Shown here: positions 13,290 through 16,945 of the stretch, piece by piece
Numbering within the stretch: the stretch's first letter is position 1
Layout of the letters: every line of letters begins with the position of its first letter
Source of the DNA: Enterococcus phage EFRM31
Sequence record: GU815339.1
Direction: 5' to 3' (one strand)
Length of the DNA: 16,945 nucleotides
Notes under the pieces: model-generated
Database searches by the model: none
What the model was told of the DNA's origin: nothing
What the model saw: the letters and a program-made list of their open reading frames with translations, nothing else
Translations under genes and position numbers: made by a program

Positions 13290-14537
13290 ATGTCACGGCA
13301 AGAACTTATGGAACAAGCACAAACTTTATTATCAGAAGGTAAACTTGATGAAGCTGAAAAAGTAATGCAACAAATTAAAGCTTTAGATGAGGAAAAACCT
13401 AAAGAAGAAGAACGTGCAGTTGATAATAAAGAAGAGGAGAAACCAGAGGAAGAACCTAAAGCAGAAGATGCTAAGGACGAACCAAAGGAAGAACCTAAAG
13501 AAGATAAGGAAGAAACAAAAGAAGAACGTTCAGCAAAAACTGAACAAGATTTTGAAGAACCTAAAGAGGAACCAAAGGAAGAACCTAAAACAGAAAAACG
13601 CTCACTAGAGCAAAAAGGAGAAGAAAACATGGAGAAAGTTATTTTAGATGGAAAAGAAGTAGAAAATAAAGAAGTGCGTGGATTCTTAGAATACTTACGC
13701 TCAAAAGAAACACGTGCATTGCCTGAATCATTTGAAGGTGTTAAGTCTGCGGATGCATCAGCAATTATCCCAGAAGAAATCATCACAAAAGCTAAAATGT
13801 TACCTGAAACAGTTGTTGACTTACGTAATATGGTTACACGTCAAAAAGTAACAAATGCTATGGGTAAATATCCAATCTTGAAAGCTAATGAAGCCGTGTT
13901 GGCATCAGTTGAAGAACTTAAAAAGAACCCTGATTTAGAAGGACCAGCTTTCGAAGAAGTCAAATATGAAGTTGAAACTTACCGTGGTCAAATTGCAGTA
14001 GCAGAAGAAGCTTTACAAGATTCTGATGATGACTTATCTGGAATCATTGCACGTCACATTCAACGTCAAGGTTTGAACACAGCTAACAAAGCTATCGTTA
14101 CTAAATTAAAAACAGCAACAGCAGTAGCCGCAACATCAATTGATGACTTGAAAACACAAGTTAACACTGGTTTTGACCCAGCTTACAACTTAGAGTTTAT
14201 TGTTTCTCAATCATTCTTTAACGCTTTAGACCAAATGAAAGACGCTAACGGTCGTTACTTACTAGAAGATGACATCAAAGCACCATCTGGTAAATCTCTA
14301 TTAGGACGTAAAGTAACTGTTTTAGCTGATAAATTAATTGGTACAGTAGACGGTGACAAAGTAGCATTCTTAGGACAACCTGATGCATTCGCAGTCTTCT
14401 TCGACCGCGTAGACACAACTGTACGTTGGGTTGAGCATCAATACTTCGGTCAAGTATTAGCAGTAGCTATGCGCTTTGACTGTGAAGTCGTTGATAAAAA
14501 CGCTGGTAAATATATCACTTTAACACCAGCACCCTAG
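13290..14537 (+). CDS. major capsid protein, HK97 family, with charged KEEPK-repeat N-terminal (delta/scaffold-like) domain
   Basis: C-terminal two thirds typical HK97-fold MCP. ATG 13290 with AAAGGGGTG RBS (track 13284 is GTG). Follows protease. Confidence 0.9.
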   Translation: MSRQELMEQAQTLLSEGKLDEAEKVMQQIKALDEEKPKEEERAVDNKEEEKPEEEPKAEDAKDEPKEEPKEDKEETKEERSAKTEQDFEEPKEEPKEEPKTEKRSLEQKGEENMEKVILDGKEVENKEVRGFLEYLRSKETRALPESFEGVKSADASAIIPEEIITKAKMLPETVVDLRNMVTRQKVTNAMGKYPILKANEAVLASVEELKKNPDLEGPAFEEVKYEVETYRGQIAVAEEALQDSDDDLSGIIARHIQRQGLNTANKAIVTKLKTATAVAATSIDDLKTQVNTGFDPAYNLEFIVSQSFFNALDQMKDANGRYLLEDDIKAPSGKSLLGRKVTVLADKLIGTVDGDKVAFLGQPDAFAVFFDRVDTTVRWVEHQYFGQVLAVAMRFDCEVVDKNAGKYITLTPAP

Positions 14538-14562
14538 TACGCCACCTGTGGTAGGGCAGGTG
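14532..14562 (+). other. putative recoding (programmed +1 frameshift / shifty-stop) element: CCC UAG UACGCCACCUGU + hairpin CACCUG-UGGUAGGG-CAGGUG
   Basis: Identical 18 nt at the 3' end of the major tail gene (16916-16933). +1 frame is open for 21 codons (STPPVVGQVTPAETSATIELS) to TAA at 14599. Confidence 0.5.
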
Positions 14563-14606
14563 ACACCAGCTGAAACATCAGCAACAATTGAATTATCGTA
14601 AACACT

Positions 14607-14640
14607 AAGAGGTGGGGCATTCGCCTTACCTCTTTTTAAA
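14607..14640 (+). terminator. rho-independent terminator (AAGAGGT...ACCTCTT + T5)
   Basis: Seen in sequence. Begins just after the stop of the +1 extension frame. Confidence 0.6.
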
Positions 14641-14662
14641 CTATAAAAGGAGAGTGTAAATT

Positions 14663-14863
14663 ATGGCTAAAGTATTTAACGTATACAAGAAAACAGGTAA
14701 AAAGATTGTGACTGGACAACCCTCACCAGTAACAATCACTGGTTTAACAGCAGAAACACCATATAGTAAAGGTGATTTTCAAGTAACAGCTATTGAAGAT
14801 GGAAAACCCGAGTCTAGTAAAGTAGATGTACCAGCATTCACTACAACTGCAACAGCTGGATAA
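14663..14863 (+). CDS. small hypothetical protein, possibly Ig/FN3-like (beta-strand-rich VTITGLTAET...FQVTAIEDGK)
   Basis: ORF track. RBS AAAAGGAGAGTGTAAATTATG. Bracketed by terminators. Confidence 0.5.
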   Translation: MAKVFNVYKKTGKKIVTGQPSPVTITGLTAETPYSKGDFQVTAIEDGKPESSKVDVPAFTTTATAG

Positions 14864-14865
14864 TA

Positions 14866-14888
14866 AAAGAGGGTTAAGCCCTCTTTTT
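14866..14888 (+). terminator. rho-independent terminator (AAAGAGGG-TTAAG-CCCTCTTT + T5)
   Basis: Seen in sequence. Confidence 0.6.
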
Positions 14889-14906
14889 AACTAAGGAGGT
14901 ATGATA

Positions 14907-15203
14907 ATGTTAACATTAGCAGAAGTAAAAAACAATCTAAGATTAGACTATGATTTTGATGATACCTACCTACAAGGACTGATTGATACGAGTGAACTAT
15001 TCATCTTAGGAGCTATTGAGTTAAAGACCGCACCAGATGATAAACGATTCAAGACATTACAGTTCATGTTGGTTTCATTATGGTATGAAAACAGAGTACC
15101 AGCAACAAGCGCATTACAACAACAAGTACCCTTTACAATCGTAGCAATGATTCATCAATTAAGGGGGTTACAAGATGCCACTGATACCAACACAACGACT
15201 TGA
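14907..15203 (+). CDS. head-tail connector protein (gp6-like / DNA-packaging connector)
   Basis: N-terminus MLTLAEVKNNLRLDYDFDD...LIDTSE typical of the gp6-like family. ATG 14907 with AAGGAGGT RBS. Confidence 0.8.
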   Translation: MLTLAEVKNNLRLDYDFDDTYLQGLIDTSELFILGAIELKTAPDDKRFKTLQFMLVSLWYENRVPATSALQQQVPFTIVAMIHQLRGLQDATDTNTTT

Positions 15204-15510
15204 CAGAAAGATAAGTATCCAACATAAAACCACTCATAAGAACGAATATTATGAGTGGGTCACTGATTGGGAAACCAAGGCCACTATATGGTGTTCAGTA
15301 AAACAACAGTATTTCAAAGACTATAAAGAATCATTAGGTACTGTTTTAGAGGATACAACAAACTTCATTATCAGATACGAACAACAGATTCATATTGACA
15401 ATACTATGCGTGTTGTATACAACGGTGTTAACTATGACATCATACAAGTATTAGAAGGTAGCTTCCAACGTGACTTTACAACGCTTGTATGTAAGAGGGT
15501 GAAGGAATGA
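15175..15510 (+). CDS. head closure / head-tail adaptor protein
   Basis: Size ~110 aa. RxxxISIQ motif pattern. Position after gp6-like gene. Confidence 0.7.
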   Translation: MPLIPTQRLDRKISIQHKTTHKNEYYEWVTDWETKATIWCSVKQQYFKDYKESLGTVLEDTTNFIIRYEQQIHIDNTMRVVYNGVNYDIIQVLEGSFQRDFTTLVCKRVKE

Positions 15511-15914
15511 GTAGTCCAAACTACGTTGACTTTTCACAAGTCTACAAGCGATTAGAAAAAAGCGGTAAAAAGGCTGACCTAATTGTTAGTAAGGCAGTGA
15601 ATACAGCTGGTGAAAAAGCAATGAATGAACTAAAGCAAAATACACCACGTTTTAACGGCACAAAGTATAGTAGGGATGGTCAGGACTACAAAAAAGAACA
15701 TATGCGTGACCATGTTGTAATGAGTAAAGCAAATAAGAATAACCATATAGCAGAAGTTGGCTTTGATGATGATGTGGCATGGATGGCACACTTTCCAGAG
15801 TTAGGAACAATCAAACAACGACCACAAGGGTTTATACAAAAAACAATAAACAGTATTGAGAGTGAAGTTGCATCAATCATTCAAAAAGCATTACAGGAGG
15901 CGTTTCTAAAATGA
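15507..15914 (+). CDS. HK97 gp10-family tail/neck protein
   Basis: Size ~135 aa. Conserved AWMAHFPE-G region and C-terminal QKALQEA pattern typical of gp10-like. Gene order. Confidence 0.7.
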   Translation: MSSPNYVDFSQVYKRLEKSGKKADLIVSKAVNTAGEKAMNELKQNTPRFNGTKYSRDGQDYKKEHMRDHVVMSKANKNNHIAEVGFDDDVAWMAHFPELGTIKQRPQGFIQKTINSIESEVASIIQKALQEAFLK

Positions 15915-16276
15915 GACTACCCATATTACAAGTAGCAGAAGCTTTAGAGCAAGCACACCCAGAAGTCAACTGGTTTACTAATGAAGTACCCACTGAATTT
16001 CAAACATTACCACAATTACCAGTAGGTAGAATTGTAGAACTTGACGGACGGTACACAGAATATGCCAGTGCAGACCCTAATTATTTTGTAACACATGTTC
16101 AGGTGGATTTGTGGTGTGAGGACTTGAAAGAAGTTGAAAAGTATTACTTTGAAATTGACAAGACCATGCGTGCAGATAATGTGCAGTGCGTATTATCACA
16201 ACAATCGTACGACCCAGACCTAGAGGGTGCACGTAGGGTTATCAAACGTTACACAATCAGTCAAAGAGTTGTCTAA
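15911..16276 (+). CDS. tail terminator-like / tail-tube junction protein (gp11-like position)
   Basis: Position immediately before the major tail protein; ~120 aa. Confidence 0.55.
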   Translation: MRLPILQVAEALEQAHPEVNWFTNEVPTEFQTLPQLPVGRIVELDGRYTEYASADPNYFVTHVQVDLWCEDLKEVEKYYFEIDKTMRADNVQCVLSQQSYDPDLEGARRVIKRYTISQRVV

Positions 16277-16302
16277 GTGACACCCTAAAACACGTTGATT
16301 AA

Positions 16303-16342
16303 TGATATAATTATTCTAGTAAGAAAATATAAACACTAAAGG
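16303..16342 (+). promoter_or_regulatory. late-gene upstream element TGATATAAT + TTCTAGTAAGAAAATATAAACACTAAAGG leader (copy 2)
   Basis: Matches the element upstream of the capsid gene. Confidence 0.45.
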
Positions 16343-16354
16343 AGAGAAACAATT

Positions 16355-16921
16355 ATGGCAGTAGTAGGTTTTAAGAAAGCTATTATCAGCGTACCTAAAG
16401 CAGAAGGTTCTGGCGTTGATAAATACACAATTGATAAAAGCGGTGGCGGTACTATTGAAGCGTCAATTAAAGGAATTTCAGCAGAACAAACAACCGTTTA
16501 TGCGTCAAACGTTCCAATTTGGGTATCAGCTAAAGGGGTTGGAGAGTTAACAGCTTCATTAAACGTATTTGACTTGTATAAAGACAACGTTTATGAGAAA
16601 ATTTTAGGTATTGAACGTGGTGAAGATGGTATTGCAATCGTTGGTGAAGATACAGAAGCACCTTACGTTTCAGCAGTATTTGTTGCAGACGGTGCAGACG
16701 GTAAAGAAATGTACTTTGGTTTAGTTAAAGGACGTTTCAGCCACCCAGAAATCGCATTGAATACAACAGAATCTGGTGGTACAGAACCAAACACAGAAAC
16801 AATTGAAGGTTCATTTGTAACAGATTCACGTGGCTTTGCATACATGAGTGCTGTTTCAAGCGAAACATTAACACTTGATAAGTTTGTTGACAAAGTAAAC
16901 AATATTAATCCATTGCCCTAG
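16355..16921 (+). CDS. major tail protein (siphovirus tail tube, TP901-1/phi13-like)
   Basis: 188 aa. Gly/Ser/Thr-rich beta protein after neck genes. RBS AAAGGAGAGAAACAATTATG. Confidence 0.85.
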   Translation: MAVVGFKKAIISVPKAEGSGVDKYTIDKSGGGTIEASIKGISAEQTTVYASNVPIWVSAKGVGELTASLNVFDLYKDNVYEKILGIERGEDGIAIVGEDTEAPYVSAVFVADGADGKEMYFGLVKGRFSHPEIALNTTESGGTEPNTETIEGSFVTDSRGFAYMSAVSSETLTLDKFVDKVNNINPLP

Positions 16922-16945
16922 TACGCCACCTGTCCTACCACAGGT
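16916..16945 (+). other. second copy of CCC UAG UACGCCACCUGU recoding element + hairpin (CACCUGU-CCUACC-ACAGGUG); runs off the window
   Basis: Identical 18 nt as at the capsid gene end. +1 frame open (STPPVLPQ...) to the window edge. Confidence 0.5.

Noticed and set aside
13274-13786. 170-aa Ser-rich minus ORF and 73-aa Lys-rich plus ORF (13387..13608)
   Set aside because: Both are alternative-frame artefacts of the GAAGAACCTAAA tandem repeats encoding the capsid KEEPK region.
14529-14555. -1 frameshift or simple stop-codon readthrough at CCC-UAG
   Set aside because: No X-XXY-YYZ slippery heptamer. The -1 frame stops after 6 codons. Readthrough gives only 11 aa and lacks a typical readthrough context. 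+1 at a Pro-stop with a downstream structure fits the known phage precedent better. Not excluded without experiment.
15686-15880. 64-aa minus ORF in the gp10-like gene, and 16663..16902 minus ORF in the tail gene
   Set aside because: Antisense to conserved structural genes. No RBS.

Overview
This window reads as a contiguous part of a low-GC (Firmicutes-type, AGGAGGA ribosome-binding sites) tailed-phage genome with an HK97-like morphogenesis module and no recognisable lysogeny genes. All calls were made by eye from motifs and gene order without tools, so coordinates of signals may be off by a few nt.

Layout, left to right:
- (a) A leftward three-gene unit at 80..940, minus strand: a small membrane protein, a small unknown protein, and a Zn-finger HNH endonuclease. 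It is driven by an extended -10 promoter at 977-985.
- (b) A ~370-bp divergent control region (1044-1325) carrying about 14 copies of a TGTAAC/GTTACA-core 9-mer (GTAACGCTT and GTGTAACAC) around an AT-rich centre. This is operator- or origin-like.
- (c) A long rightward early/middle region (1418-8787) of about 27 mostly tiny genes, many under 75 aa, with several 25-55 aa membrane peptides and acidic proteins.
  - Each gene has a strong ribosome-binding site, and the region is punctuated by near-identical sigma-A promoter/terminator/leader cassettes in three families.
  - The only recognisable enzymes are a D5_N/SF3 P4-type helicase, a VRR-NUC nuclease and an HNH_3/NUMOD4 endonuclease.
- (d) Late genes: terS (P27 family), a ~290-bp structured intergenic locus with its own promoter and terminator, terL, an insulated tiny membrane-protein gene, portal, prohead protease, major capsid protein (with a KEEPK-repeat N-terminus), a small Ig/FN3-like protein, gp6-like connector, head-closure protein, gp10-like protein, tail-terminator-like protein, and major tail protein.

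Most notable observations:
- The major capsid and major tail genes both end in the identical 18-nt element CCC-UAG-UACGCCACCUGU followed by a hairpin. Both are also preceded by a shared TGATATA(A/C)T...CTAGTAAGAAAA element. This fits a PSA-like programmed +1 recoding signal with dedicated late promoters.
- The terS-terL intergenic region has promoter/structured-RNA/terminator architecture. It is a candidate novel ncRNA or cos region.
- The iteron-rich divergent control region in (b).
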